Shown: positions 18,489 through 30,275 of the stretch, piece after piece
Position numbering within the stretch: the stretch's first letter is position 1
Layout of the letters: the number at the start of each line of letters is the position of its first letter
NCBI GenBank assembly: GCA_044229975.1
Contig: JBGARZ010000015.1
Coordinates: 32,001 to 96,000, forward strand
Direction of reading: 5' to 3'
DNA length: 64,000 bases
Source of the DNA: Polyangiales bacterium
GTDB lineage: Bacteria; Myxococcota_A; Polyangia; Polyangiales; Ga0077539
Translations under genes and position numbers: made by a program
The notes under the pieces: model-generated
Databases searched by the model: none
Told to the model about the DNA's origin: nothing
What the model saw: the letters and a program-made list of their open reading frames with translations, nothing else

Positions 18489-18857
18489 ATGAGCTCGCTG
18501 GCACCCTGCACCTCCTGCTCGCGCCACGTTCGCACCGACGAGAGCGCCTGCCCCTTCTGCCGCGCACCACGGGTCGCGCGCGCCGAGTCCGCGCCGTGGT
18601 TTCCGCGCGCTTCGCGGGCCGTGTTGTTCACCGCGGGCGCGTCGCTCGCGCTGGCCGCCGGGGCCGATGCGTTCATCTCGACGGCGCACGCCGACACGCA
18701 TGAGGCGGTGTCGATGGTTCCGCAGTACGGCGCGCCGTCGGACTACCTGCCGCCGCCGGAGCCGCCCTCGTCCCCGGTGACGCCGACGGACGCGGGGACT
18801 CCTCCACCGGTGGATGCCGGACGGGAGAGCCCGCGTCCGCCGCGCGGTCGGCACTAG
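18489..18857 (+). CDS. Small myxobacterial CxxC/CPFC protein with a YGAP motif
   Basis: PCTSCSRHVR..ESACPFC; PQYGAP. Confidence 0.65.
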   Translation: MSSLAPCTSCSRHVRTDESACPFCRAPRVARAESAPWFPRASRAVLFTAGASLALAAGADAFISTAHADTHEAVSMVPQYGAPSDYLPPPEPPSSPVTPTDAGTPPPVDAGRESPRPPRGRH

Positions 18858-18891
18858 TCAGCGCCCTGCGCGGCGTTGTTATGCTCGCGGA

Positions 18892-19473
18892 GTGATCACC
18901 GACGCGGCGCCGCGGGAGGCATCAGCAAAGAGGGAGTTCGAGGCGAGCGAGGCGCTCACGGCCTTCGCGCCGCCGCCACCTGCGGACGCGTTGCAGGCGG
19001 CGACGCTGGTGCTGTGCGCGGCGATCGAGGGTGGCGACTCGAAGGACGTGCGGCGTGCATGCGACGGGGTGCTGTCACCGCTGGCGGATTTTTTCGGGGT
19101 GACGGCGCCGCCGGTGCGGGTGCTCGGGGTGCGGCCGCATCGGGTGAACGAGGGCGTCACGACGTACCAGCTCTACGGCGACTACTCGCCCGACACGCAG
19201 AAGGTGAGGGTGTGGTTGCGGACGGCGGTGCGCGGGAAGGTGTCGTCGCCGCGATCGTTTCTGAGCACGCTGGTGCACGAGTTCTGTCACCACCTCGATT
19301 GCGTGAAGCTGGAGTGGCCGGGGAGCTTCCACACGCGCGGGTTCTATGGGCGGGTCGACCAGCTCTACCACCTGGCGCTGGCGACGCCGGACGCGCAGCG
19401 CCGCCCGCTCCACTGGGTGAAGATGGGCGGCGTGTGGCGCATCGACTGGACGCGCTCGCGCACGGCGCGGTGA
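18892..19473 (+). CDS. HEXXH zinc-metalloprotease-like protein
   Basis: TLVHEFCHHLD...FHTRGFY. Confidence 0.65.
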   Translation: MITDAAPREASAKREFEASEALTAFAPPPPADALQAATLVLCAAIEGGDSKDVRRACDGVLSPLADFFGVTAPPVRVLGVRPHRVNEGVTTYQLYGDYSPDTQKVRVWLRTAVRGKVSSPRSFLSTLVHEFCHHLDCVKLEWPGSFHTRGFYGRVDQLYHLALATPDAQRRPLHWVKMGGVWRIDWTRSRTAR

Positions 19474-19776
19474 GCGGGACGACGGTCGTTGTACCCGCTC
19501 GTGGCCGGGGTTGGTCGCGTCCCGCGCCTGCACCACCGGGCAAGCGAAAGCAGGCGCCCCTTCGGGGCTTTCGGAAGCAATCGGCCACCGCGATCGGGCT
19601 CAGTGTCCCGTCCCACGCCGCGGCGTCAGCGCGGCGCGCGAAGGCTACGTCAACAATCCCCCGTTGATTGGGGGGCTGACCGTTGCGCGCCGCGCTGACG
19701 CCGCGGCGTGGGCTCCAACTGGGAGCCCGACCTCACTGTTGAGCGCTTCTGGAAGCCCCGGAGGGGCGCCTGCTTT

Positions 19777-21701
19777 GTGCGCCCGGCATGGGCGTTGGCT
19801 TCGGGGTGCAAGTCCCCGGGAAAGTAGGTCATGACGATCCACGCGAGAGGCAAGGGCAGCGAGGCAACGGACTGTCTGAAGGAAGCCCGACGCGAAACGG
19901 CGAGCCGACGGACAGAAAGCCGATGTGAGGCCGTGCGGTCTGGGGCGAGCGGGCAAGGAGCCGCGAAGCTCCAATGACCAAGAGACCGTGCGGTAGATCG
20001 GGCGGTTGCGCCGTGAAAGCCAGCGTTTCTTACCCGGGGAGATCCTGCTTCACGCCTGAAAGGGCGACACACACCAACGTGCGGCGCAGGAAGTCAGCAG
20101 AGGTCGTAGTAGCGCGTCCGAAAACCTGGGCTCCCGCGCCGACGTCGCCAACGACGTCGGAGACACGACGGGGAACGCCACGACGAAGGGCCGACGGCCG
20201 CGCAAAGGACCAAACGGAAGGGAGGGTGCATCGACCATGAGTCTCAAAAGGGAACCGCCTCAGATGCCCGGGACACCACCGGGGCGAGGGAGGCGCGACG
20301 AGGGTGAAGCCCTCAACGCGCAGCCCCGCGAGGAAGACCCCACGGCGACGAAAGGAGACGAGCACTCGGGCACCAGCGCCTTGCTGGAGGCGGTCCTCGG
20401 AAGGGACAACCTCTTGCGGGCGCTCCAGCGGGTGCAGAGCAACCGGGGCAGCCCCGGAGTGGACGGGATGGAGACGAAGGATCTCGCGGCCCACCTGCGT
20501 GTGCACTGGCCGCGTCTGCGCGAGGACCTCCTCGCGGGGCGCTACCAACCGCAGCCGGTGAGATCGTGCGAGATCCCCAAGGCGTCGGGCGGCACGAGGA
20601 CTCTCGGCATCCCGACGGCCCTGGATCGTCTCCTCCAACAGGCGATCCTCCAGGTGCTTCAGCCTCGATTCGATCCGACCTTCTCACAGCACAGCTACGG
20701 GTTCCGCCCGGGGCGCAGCGCGCACGACGCGATTGTCGTCGCACAGCGCTACGTCCAGGAGGGGCGCGGGGTGGTGGTGGACGTGGACCTCGAAGCGTTC
20801 TTCGACCGCGTGAACCACGACGTGCTGATGGGCCGGTTGGCCAAACGCATCGAGGACAAGCGCCTGCTGAGGCTCATCCGTCGCTACCTGGAGGCCGGGA
20901 TGATGGCCGACGGGATCGCGACGGCGCGGACGGAGGGAACGCCGCAAGGCGGCCCGCTGTCACCACTGCTGGCGAACGTGCTTCTGGACGAAGTGGACAA
21001 GGAGTTGGAGCAGCGCGGTCACGCGTTCGTGCGCTACGCCGACGACCTCAACGTGTACGTGAGGTCGGAGCGGGCGGGCGAGCGAGTGATGGCATTCCTG
21101 CGGGAGCGCTTCGCGTCGCTGCACCTCCGGGTCAACGAGTCCAAGAGCGCGGTGGCGCCGGTCAAGGGACGGAAGTTCCTGGGCTTTCAGTTCTACGCGC
21201 ACGGCGGAGAAGTGAAGCGAGGGGTGTCGGCGAAGTCGCAAGAGGCGTTCAAGGCGCGTGTGCGGGAGCTCACGAGCCGGACGGCGGGTCGCAGTCTGGT
21301 GCAACTGATCGAGAGGCTGAATCGGTACCTGCGTGGGTGGTGGGCGTACTACCGCCTCACGCAGCAGACGAAGCTCTTCGAGGGGCTGGACGAGTGGATT
21401 CGCCGTCGCCTTCGGATGGTGCAACTGAAGCACTGGAAGCGAGGCATCACGATCTACCAGTCGCTGCGCGCCCTTGGACAAGGGGACGAAGCAAGCTGGA
21501 AGTCGGTGGCCTCGGCCGGTGGCTGGTGGCGCCGCGCGCTCCGCCTGGGCTTCACGCTCCGACCCAGTTGGTTCGACAGCCTCGGGTTGTGGAGGCTACG
21601 GAGGTGACCTCAACCGTCCGAACCGCCGGATGCGGACCCGCTTGTCCGGTGGTGTGGCAGGGGTCGGCTCCTCCTCACGGAGGGGCCGCCCCTATGCCGA
21701 T
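19777..21701 (+). mobile_element. Group II intron, class C (IIC), 1925 nt
   Basis: 5' GTGCGCCCGGCATGGG; short domain V GAACCGCCGGATGCGGACCCGCTTGTCCGGTGGTG; 3' end ...CTATGCCGAT; boundaries confirmed by the restored palindrome. Confidence 0.93.
20237..21607 (+). CDS. ltrA: Group II intron reverse transcriptase/maturase without an endonuclease domain
   Basis: PGVDG, LGIPT..DR..QQA, SYGFRPGRS, GTPQGGPLSPLLAN, RYADD, FLGF, GW..YY. Confidence 0.97.
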   Translation: MSLKREPPQMPGTPPGRGRRDEGEALNAQPREEDPTATKGDEHSGTSALLEAVLGRDNLLRALQRVQSNRGSPGVDGMETKDLAAHLRVHWPRLREDLLAGRYQPQPVRSCEIPKASGGTRTLGIPTALDRLLQQAILQVLQPRFDPTFSQHSYGFRPGRSAHDAIVVAQRYVQEGRGVVVDVDLEAFFDRVNHDVLMGRLAKRIEDKRLLRLIRRYLEAGMMADGIATARTEGTPQGGPLSPLLANVLLDEVDKELEQRGHAFVRYADDLNVYVRSERAGERVMAFLRERFASLHLRVNESKSAVAPVKGRKFLGFQFYAHGGEVKRGVSAKSQEAFKARVRELTSRTAGRSLVQLIERLNRYLRGWWAYYRLTQQTKLFEGLDEWIRRRLRMVQLKHWKRGITIYQSLRALGQGDEASWKSVASAGGWWRRALRLGFTLRPSWFDSLGLWRLRR

Positions 21702-21776
21702 CGCTTGCCCGGTGGTGCAGGCGCGGGACGCGACCACACCCGGTCCGAAGTGGTCGCACGATCACCCGATGACCTG

Positions 21777-23699
21777 TCAGTGCACCCCGAGCAGCCCCGC
21801 GACGCGCGACGCCACGAAGGCCATCACCCACGCGAGCGCGTAGGTGTACCCCGCGACGAAGAACACCCACCGCCACGACCGGGTCTCCCGCCTGATCGCC
21901 GCGAGCGTGCTCATGCACTGGCAGGCGAACACGAAGAACACCAGCAGCGACACCCCCGTCCGCGCGCTGTACCGCAGCCCGCCGCGCTCGTTGCGCGCCG
22001 TGCTCAGTCGCGTGGCCAGCGAGCGCGGGTGCTCGTCGGCGTCCTCGATGCCGGAGATCACACCCAGCGTCCCGACCATCAGCTCTCGCGCGCCAAACGA
22101 CCCGACGAGCCCGACGTTGATGCGCCAGTCGAAGCCCAAGGGTCGCGTCACCGGCTCCAGCGCACGCCCGAGCGACGCGCCCAGCGAGCGCTCCATCGTG
22201 GCCGCGGGTGTCGCCTCCGTCGCCGCGGGCGCTCCCGGCGTCGGGACGTGCAGCAGCACCCAGAGCACCGCGCCGCATGCGAGGATGGTGGTGCCCACGT
22301 CGCGCACGAAGCGCTTGCCCGCGAGCAGACACGCGCGGGCGATGGCGCGCGGGTCGGGCGATCGGTACGCGGGCATCTCCAGCACCATCGGGAGCCGACG
22401 CCCCCTGGTGGCGCTGCGACGCAGCACCAACGACACCACCACCGACGCCGCCACGCCCGTCGCGTAGAGCGCGACGAAGAGAACGGCCTGCAACACCGGC
22501 CGCCCCCCGAAGAAGGCCGCGAGCACGAGGCCGTAGGTGGGGATGCGCGCCGAGCAGGTGAGCAGCGGCAGCACGAGGATGAGCGTGAGGCGCTCGCGTG
22601 GGTCGCGCAGGATGCGCGTCGCAGCAATGGCAGGCACCGCGCACGCGTGGGCCGTGAGCATCGGAACGAACGACCGCCCGCCGAGCCCGAAGGGTCGCAG
22701 CACGCCGTCGATGAGGAAGGCGCCGCGGGCGAGGTAGCCGCTGGCGTCGAGCAGCTCCATCGCCGCCGTGAGCACGACGATCTGCGGGAGAAACGCGAGC
22801 ACGGTGCCGGCACCCCCGAGGAGGCCGTCGGTGACGAAGGACGCGAGTGCTCCTGGGCCGAGCGCGCGCACGACGAGCAGCCCGAGGCGCTGCACCCCCG
22901 CGTCGAGCGCCGTCGTCACCGGGTCGGCCACGGCGTACACCGCGGCGAAGAGCGCCACCATCAGCCCCAGAAACACCAACGGTCCCAGCACCGGGTGGAG
23001 GAGCAGGCGGTCGAAGTGCTCGGTGCGCTCGCGCCGCGCCTTCGCCTCGGCCGGAACCCTCGCCACGTCGCGAATCGCGCGGGCGGCGAGCTCATCGGCG
23101 CTCCAGGTTGGCGCGGCGCGCGGGGTCGGTTGCGCCTCGCTGGAGAGCAGCGCCGTCACCGCCTCGCGCAGGGTCTCTCGCGCGGCGGCCTCGCGCGCGT
23201 TGACGGCCACGACTGGGACGCCGAGCGCCTCGCTCAAAGGCTCCACGGAGAGCGAGCGGCCTTCGGCGGCGAGCACGTCGCGTTGCGTGAGCACGATGAG
23301 CAGCGGCAGCGGGCGCGCGAGGAGCTCGCGGGTGAAGGTCAGCCCCGCGGCGAGCTGTGAGGCGTCGAGCACCTGCACCAGCACGGCGCGCGACTGGTCG
23401 GCGATCACCCGGTCGATGAACACTCGCGCGACGCCCTCGTCGGTGCCCGGGTCGAGCGCCGCGTCGAGGCTGTACACGCCGGGGAGGTCGACGACGCGAA
23501 GCGTTCCGTGGGGGGCGCCGAGCGCGAGGTCGGTGCAGAGCACGTCGACGGTGATGCCGGGGAAATTTCCCACCTTGGCGTCGGCCCCGGTGAGGCGGTT
23601 GTAGACCGACGACTTGCCCGCGTTGGGGCGCCCGACGAGCAGCACCGAGGGCAGCGCGTCGTCGAGGAGGTGATGCGCCCCGTGGTGGTCGTGGCTCAC
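21777..23699 (-). CDS. feoB: Ferrous iron transporter B
   Basis: GRPNAGKS, NFPGITV, DLPG, LTCSARIP, AREL, QCMST. Confidence 0.95.
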   Translation of the reverse strand: MSHDHHGAHHLLDDALPSVLLVGRPNAGKSSVYNRLTGADAKVGNFPGITVDVLCTDLALGAPHGTLRVVDLPGVYSLDAALDPGTDEGVARVFIDRVIADQSRAVLVQVLDASQLAAGLTFTRELLARPLPLLIVLTQRDVLAAEGRSLSVEPLSEALGVPVVAVNAREAAARETLREAVTALLSSEAQPTPRAAPTWSADELAARAIRDVARVPAEAKARRERTEHFDRLLLHPVLGPLVFLGLMVALFAAVYAVADPVTTALDAGVQRLGLLVVRALGPGALASFVTDGLLGGAGTVLAFLPQIVVLTAAMELLDASGYLARGAFLIDGVLRPFGLGGRSFVPMLTAHACAVPAIAATRILRDPRERLTLILVLPLLTCSARIPTYGLVLAAFFGGRPVLQAVLFVALYATGVAASVVVSLVLRRSATRGRRLPMVLEMPAYRSPDPRAIARACLLAGKRFVRDVGTTILACGAVLWVLLHVPTPGAPAATEATPAATMERSLGASLGRALEPVTRPLGFDWRINVGLVGSFGARELMVGTLGVISGIEDADEHPRSLATRLSTARNERGGLRYSARTGVSLLVFFVFACQCMSTLAAIRRETRSWRWVFFVAGYTYALAWVMAFVASRVAGLLGVH

Positions 23700-23926
23700 G
23701 CGCAGGGCTCGACGTCGATGGAGGCCGCGACCAACGGGTCGATGGCGAAGGCCGTGCGCTCGCCGACGCGCACCTGCAACGGACCCCCCAGCGGGCCCGC
23801 GCGCAGCACCGACACCGTGGCGCCCTCGGAGAGCCCCAGCGCGCGAAGCCAGCGCGACTCTTCAACGTCGAGGTGCAGGGCCGTGATGCGGGCAGCGGTG
23901 CGGTGCGGGAGCTCTCGGAGGGTCAT
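23696..23926 (-). CDS. feoA: Ferrous iron transport protein A
   Basis: LRALGL..G..V.VLRAGPLGGPL; overlaps the feoB start. Confidence 0.9.
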   Translation of the reverse strand: MTLRELPHRTAARITALHLDVEESRWLRALGLSEGATVSVLRAGPLGGPLQVRVGERTAFAIDPLVAASIDVEPCA

Positions 23927-24048
23927 CGGTCCGGTGCCTGCGCGGAGGGGCTTATCACGGTTCGATCCGGTGGTGAGCCGGTCGCTTGTGGGGACGTTCG
24001 GGCCCGTGGCAGAGTCCGCCGCGAAGAGGGTCTTCCCGAGGAGCGTCC

Positions 24049-24507
24049 ATGAGCGAGATGAGCGACCGCATCGATGTGATCACCGACCTGCTGATGGGCG
24101 CCGCGCACGCCGACGGCGCCTCGGACGGCAGCGAAGAGGCGGCCGTCCGCAAGCTCCTGGGCGAGCTGCTCGGCGACGCGACGCTCCCCGCCGAGGTCGA
24201 CGAGCGCATCAAGAACTTCGACCCGAAGGGCTTCGACCTGAAGGCCGCGGCGGCGCACTTCACCGACGACAGCCTGTCGCGCAAGCGCCGGCTGCTGGAG
24301 CTGGTCGAGGCCGTGGGCGACGCCGACGAGGTCATCGACTCCCAGGAAGACGACTACCTCGTGGCGCTCGGCGAGGCCCTCGGGCTCAAGCGCGAGGAGT
24401 ACGCCGACCTCGCGCTGGAGATCGAGGAGCTGCGCGAGGCCCTCGACGACGTGCGCCGCCCGACCCCGCCGGTGATGCTCCTGTCACCGAAGCCGAAGAA
24501 GCTCTGA
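24049..24507 (+). CDS. TerB-family protein
   Basis: LMGAAHADG...SEE...ADEVIDSQEDDYL. Confidence 0.75.
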   Translation: MSEMSDRIDVITDLLMGAAHADGASDGSEEAAVRKLLGELLGDATLPAEVDERIKNFDPKGFDLKAAAAHFTDDSLSRKRRLLELVEAVGDADEVIDSQEDDYLVALGEALGLKREEYADLALEIEELREALDDVRRPTPPVMLLSPKPKKL

Positions 24508-24514
24508 CCCGCCC

Positions 24515-24856
24515 TCAGCGCAGCGACGCGGGGTACGCGGCGACGACGCTGCGGACGGGCCGCTCGATGCGCTCGACCACCGACGTGACGAGGTCGCGCT
24601 CGCCGCGGCGGAAGTACACCGAGTGACCCACGCCGGGTTGTTCGAGGGTGGGGAGGATGTTGCCGTGGACGTGCTTGAGTGCGCCCGCGAGGCGTCGGCC
24701 GACGGCGGGGTGGTCGTCGCGCCAGGTGTCGTCCGCGCGGTCGCGTACGGCCACGCAGACCTCCGCGCGCACGTGGTACTCGGTGTTGCGCGTCACGAAG
24801 ACCCGGTGCACCCGGCGCTCTGACCCTTGGTAGGACATGGACACTCTCCTCGCCAT
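24515..24856 (-). CDS. Conserved myxobacterial hypothetical protein
   Basis: ERRVHRVFVTRNTEYH..CVAVRDR. Confidence 0.7.
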   Translation of the reverse strand: MARRVSMSYQGSERRVHRVFVTRNTEYHVRAEVCVAVRDRADDTWRDDHPAVGRRLAGALKHVHGNILPTLEQPGVGHSVYFRRGERDLVTSVVERIERPVRSVVAAYPASLR

Positions 24857-24891
24857 GACCCGTACGCCCGGGTCGGTCGGAGCGTCCAGAT

Positions 24892-25746
24892 TCAGGGGGT
24901 CTCTTCGGGCGCCGCCTCGCTGGTGTCCTCGGGAACGACAGCTCCTTCGGGCAGGAGCACCCCCTGCGCCCAGCGCTCGGTGCGCGCGCTCTCGTGCTGC
25001 TGCATGAGCGAGCGCGCCGCCACGCCGAGCAGCGCCCGGTCGGCGGCCGCAAACTCCGCCGCGAGGCTCGCGGGCGCGCCGTTGGACACCGCGTTGCGCT
25101 GCGCGCGCAGCTCCGTCGCCACCTGCGACGTGCGTTGAAACATCATCCCCTGCGCCGCCGATCGTCGCAGCAGCACCGCGAGCTGGTTGAGCACCACGGG
25201 CGCCGGGAGACCCTGCGTCCCCGGCTCGCCGTGCGGATCACACCGCGGCTGCTCGGCCTCTGGCGGCGTCGGCGTGATGGTGAGCGGCGTCGCTGTCTCG
25301 CCCGCCACGCGCTCGACCACCAGCGCCTGCTCGACCTCCAGCAAGGCTGCCCACCCCGCGCGATCGTCGATGCCCGCCGAGAGGGCCGTCACCCAACGTT
25401 GCAACACCTCCTCCGCGGCGGCCGTGCGACGGAGGCGCGTGGGCGCGCGCTCGATGTTCCCCTGGGCGAGGCGGGCCTGGGCCGCGGCGGCCACCCGGTC
25501 GAGCGGCGCGTCGGCCCCGAAGCACAGCATCGAGCGCAGCGCACCCAGCGCCTCCAGGCGGCGCGTGTCGGCCGTCGCGAGCTCACGCTGGAGCGAGTAC
25601 AGGGTCGCAAACCACCCGACGCGGGCGGGCTCGTCGGCGGTCACGCGCAGCTCGCGGTCGACCTGGGTGGCGCGCACCGGAGGACCCGACGCGCACCCGA
25701 GGAGGGCGGCGACGAGGAGCGCGCGAACAGAGGAAGGGGGCCTCAT
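24892..25746 (-). CDS. Hypothetical lipoprotein
   Basis: Lipobox LLGC. Confidence 0.6.
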   Translation of the reverse strand: MRPPSSVRALLVAALLGCASGPPVRATQVDRELRVTADEPARVGWFATLYSLQRELATADTRRLEALGALRSMLCFGADAPLDRVAAAAQARLAQGNIERAPTRLRRTAAAEEVLQRWVTALSAGIDDRAGWAALLEVEQALVVERVAGETATPLTITPTPPEAEQPRCDPHGEPGTQGLPAPVVLNQLAVLLRRSAAQGMMFQRTSQVATELRAQRNAVSNGAPASLAAEFAAADRALLGVAARSLMQQHESARTERWAQGVLLPEGAVVPEDTSEAAPEETP

Positions 25747-25898
25747 CGCGGGACAGTCGGGGACAACAAAATACAAGTCGGCGACAACTTCACGGGGGTC
25801 AAAACGCTATCACCACCGCGGTTTCTGCGAGGTGCCGAAAACGTGAGGCATCCCGCACCCGAGCGGTACACACCGCGAGGTCTCAGCCCGGAGCGTTC

Positions 25899-27440
<1,542 letters not shown>

Positions 27441-27539
27441 TTCGACCGTTCCCTCAGGTCGGGCGACCGTCCGACCTTCGTCATCTCTCCCCTCCGCTTC
27501 GTCTGGTATACGGTCCGCCGCCCCTCCCCGGGGTGACCC

Positions 27540-29048
27540 ATGGACGTTCGCAGACTCATCCGAAACATCTCGTCGCAGTGGATCTCGCTGGGAGCTCAGC
27601 TCCTCATCAGCGTGCTGATGACGCCCTTCATGGTGCGCCGGCTGGGCGACGTCGGGTACGGCATCGTCGTCCTCATCTCCGGTCTCGTCGGGTACTCCGG
27701 GATCCTCTACTTCGGCCTCGGGGCGGCGGTGGTGAAGTTCGTGGCCGAGCACCACGCCCGCGAGGACATGGACGAGCTCAACGCCACGTGCTCGACCATC
27801 CTCGGCGTGTACCTGGGCTTCGGGGTGCTGTGCCTCGCGCTGGCGCTCTGCCTCGTCGCGCCGCTGCCGCACCTCATGCACGTCCCCGCGGCGTACGCGG
27901 GCGACTCGCGGATCATGTTGCTGATGATGGGCGTCGGGCTGCTCGCGCAGTTTCCGGGCAGCGTCTACAGCGGCGTCCTGATGGGCCTCCAGCGCTTCGA
28001 CGTGATGAACAAGTACAACTTCGTGCTGCTCATCGTGCGGAGCGCGGCGGTGTTCACGGTGCTCGTCCGCCACCCGTCGGTGGTGCTGGTGAGCGCGGTC
28101 ACGATGGCCTCGCTCATCGCCGAGCAGGTGCTCGCGTGGCGCTACGCCCACCTGACGCTGCCGGGCCTCTCGCTCTCCCCGGCGCGCTTCGAGCGCTCGC
28201 GGCTGTCCAAGCTGTTCACCTTCTCGGCGCAGTCGTTCTTGTTCACGCTGTCCGAGAAGCTCATCAACTACACCGACGAGTTCGTCATCACGCAGGCCCG
28301 CGGGCCCGGCGCGGTGACGCTGTACGCGATCCCGCTGCGGCTGGTCGACTACGCGCGCGACGCGCTCGACAAGGCCACGCTGGTGCTGATGCCCGGCGTG
28401 TCCGAGCACGCCGCGAAGGGCGACCTCGAGGCGCTCAAGTCGATCTGGCGCTTCGGCAACAAGGCCATCATGTGCCTCGTGGCGCCGGTGGCGCTGGTGT
28501 TCCTGATGTGGGGCGGGCACGTGCTGACGCTGTGGCTCGACGCGGGCCACGGCACGCGCGGCATGCCCATCATGGTCTGGCTGGCCCTCGCCTTCGTCGC
28601 GCAGGTGGCGGGGCGCGGCATCGCGCGGCCGATCTTCGAGGGCCTGGGGGAGCTGTCGACGCCCGCCCGCATCACGATCATCGAGGGCGTGGTCAACCTG
28701 ATCCTCTCGGTGGTGCTGGTGCGCGTCTGGGGCCTGCCCGGCGTGGCGTTTGCGACGTTTGCGCCCGCGGCGGTGACGGGCCTCGTGGTGATGCCGTGGT
28801 TCGTCTGCAAGCGCCTCGGGACGTCGTACCTGAAGCACATGGGCAACACGTTCTTGCGCACGCTGCCGCCGCTGATTCCGTGCGTCGGGGTGCTGAAGCT
28901 GGCCGAGCGCTACGGGCTGCACCACGGGCTGCTGACCACGGCCGCGACGTGCATCACGGTGCTGGTGGTCTACGTGTTCTTCGCGTGGTGGATCACCTTC
29001 AAGGCCGAAGACCGACGCATCATCAAGGTGCGCCTCGGTCGGGGGTAG
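27540..29048 (+). CDS. Polysaccharide flippase (Wzx/MOP family)
   Basis: Multi-TM protein; TPFMVRRLG..GYG; adjacent to the GT2 gene. Confidence 0.85.
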   Translation: MDVRRLIRNISSQWISLGAQLLISVLMTPFMVRRLGDVGYGIVVLISGLVGYSGILYFGLGAAVVKFVAEHHAREDMDELNATCSTILGVYLGFGVLCLALALCLVAPLPHLMHVPAAYAGDSRIMLLMMGVGLLAQFPGSVYSGVLMGLQRFDVMNKYNFVLLIVRSAAVFTVLVRHPSVVLVSAVTMASLIAEQVLAWRYAHLTLPGLSLSPARFERSRLSKLFTFSAQSFLFTLSEKLINYTDEFVITQARGPGAVTLYAIPLRLVDYARDALDKATLVLMPGVSEHAAKGDLEALKSIWRFGNKAIMCLVAPVALVFLMWGGHVLTLWLDAGHGTRGMPIMVWLALAFVAQVAGRGIARPIFEGLGELSTPARITIIEGVVNLILSVVLVRVWGLPGVAFATFAPAAVTGLVVMPWFVCKRLGTSYLKHMGNTFLRTLPPLIPCVGVLKLAERYGLHHGLLTTAATCITVLVVYVFFAWWITFKAEDRRIIKVRLGRG

Positions 29049-29054
29049 CGCCCC

Positions 29055-30251
29055 TCACCGCAGCTCGAACACCTCACCCGTGCGCGTCGAGGCCGCCCAG
29101 AGGCTCCCGCGGTGCGCCACCAGCGGTGCGCTCACCAGCGACGACGGCGTGTGCGTGAGCGACGGGTGCACGCCGACGTGCTCGGTGAAGTTCGCGCCGT
29201 CGCGGGTGCTGTGGAGCGCGCCGCGAGCCAGCACGTAGAGCACGTCGCCCGCCACGGCGAAGCTCTGCGGGGCGTCGAGGTACGCCGCGACCACGAAGCG
29301 CCGTCCGCCGTCGTCCGAGCGCAGCAGCGTCGTGCCCGAGTAGCGCTGCGCCACCGCGAACACCGACGTCCGCCAGAGCGCCCAGCGCAGCACATAGCCT
29401 TCGATGCCCTCCGCCTCGTGCACCGTCGGCGACGTGCCCGGTGACTCGATGCGGACGGCGCCAGGGCCGCGCGGTGACTCGGTGGCCGCGAGCACCGCGC
29501 CGTCGGGGAGCGTCAGCAGGTAGGTGAAGCGGAACACGCCGCGCGCGTCGGGGGAGGGGTGTTCGAGGACGCGCCGCCACGGGCGACCGGGACCGTCGTC
29601 GCGGAAGAGCGCCGCCGGAGCGACGTGGCCGATGTACGGGATGTCGCTCGGTGCATAGGCGCCGGTCGACGCGACGAGGCGACCGTCGGCGAGCCGGGCG
29701 GTGTCGAACACATGGTAGACGGCGGGGAGAACCTCGCGCTGGTGGCGGGCGAGGGTTCCGTCGGGGGAGGAGATGAAGACGTAGCCGTCGACGTCGAGGT
29801 CGAAGGCGAAGGGCAGCGCGTGGAAGGGCGCGTCGGCGTCGGGGACGACGAGCGTGTCGCCCCAGGCGTGGACGCGCGTGAAGCCCTGGCCGTCCCAGCG
29901 CAGGAGCTCGCGCGCAGAAGGTCCGTCGTCCCAGCGGTAGAGGGCGGCGCCGTCGACGCCGAGCGCGTCGATGGAGGCGGCCACGACGAGGCCGCGCGGG
30001 GTCGAAGCGAGGTCGCAGACCTGCGTGAACGGCGCGGGCAACGTGAAGCGACGCACCCACTGGACGCGCTCGCTGAAGGCCACGGCGGTGTCGGCGGACT
30101 CAGGGCGGGCGCGGACGGTGGCGCGCCAGCGGTCGTCGGTGCGGAGCGGGGTGCAGCCGCTCTGGAAGAGGGCGGCGAGGCGCAGGGCGAGGACGGTGGC
30201 GGTGACGGCGGAGGCTGCGATGCGCCACCGTGGGGTGCGTGGGGCTGGCAC
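29055..30251 (-). CDS. Hypothetical protein, beta-propeller-like (Asp-box RSDDGG)
   Basis: N-terminal hydrophobic segment; SDDGG and STRDG motifs. Confidence 0.55.
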   Translation of the reverse strand: MPAPRTPRWRIAASAVTATVLALRLAALFQSGCTPLRTDDRWRATVRARPESADTAVAFSERVQWVRRFTLPAPFTQVCDLASTPRGLVVAASIDALGVDGAALYRWDDGPSARELLRWDGQGFTRVHAWGDTLVVPDADAPFHALPFAFDLDVDGYVFISSPDGTLARHQREVLPAVYHVFDTARLADGRLVASTGAYAPSDIPYIGHVAPAALFRDDGPGRPWRRVLEHPSPDARGVFRFTYLLTLPDGAVLAATESPRGPGAVRIESPGTSPTVHEAEGIEGYVLRWALWRTSVFAVAQRYSGTTLLRSDDGGRRFVVAAYLDAPQSFAVAGDVLYVLARGALHSTRDGANFTEHVGVHPSLTHTPSSLVSAPLVAHRGSLWAASTRTGEVFELR

Positions 30252-30275
30252 CGCGCGGGTGTAGCATCGGTCGCG

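Larger units (their letters stand above)
19505..21742. repeat. ~313-bp foldback element interrupted by the group II intron (19505-19776 + 21702-21742)
   Basis: Removing the intron restores a long inverted repeat of the 19512-19640 arm. Confidence 0.85.

Noticed and set aside
20237..21607. RT as a retron, DGR or defence RT
   Set aside because: It has intron 5' and 3' boundaries, domain V and a maturase domain; no TR/VR pair is seen.
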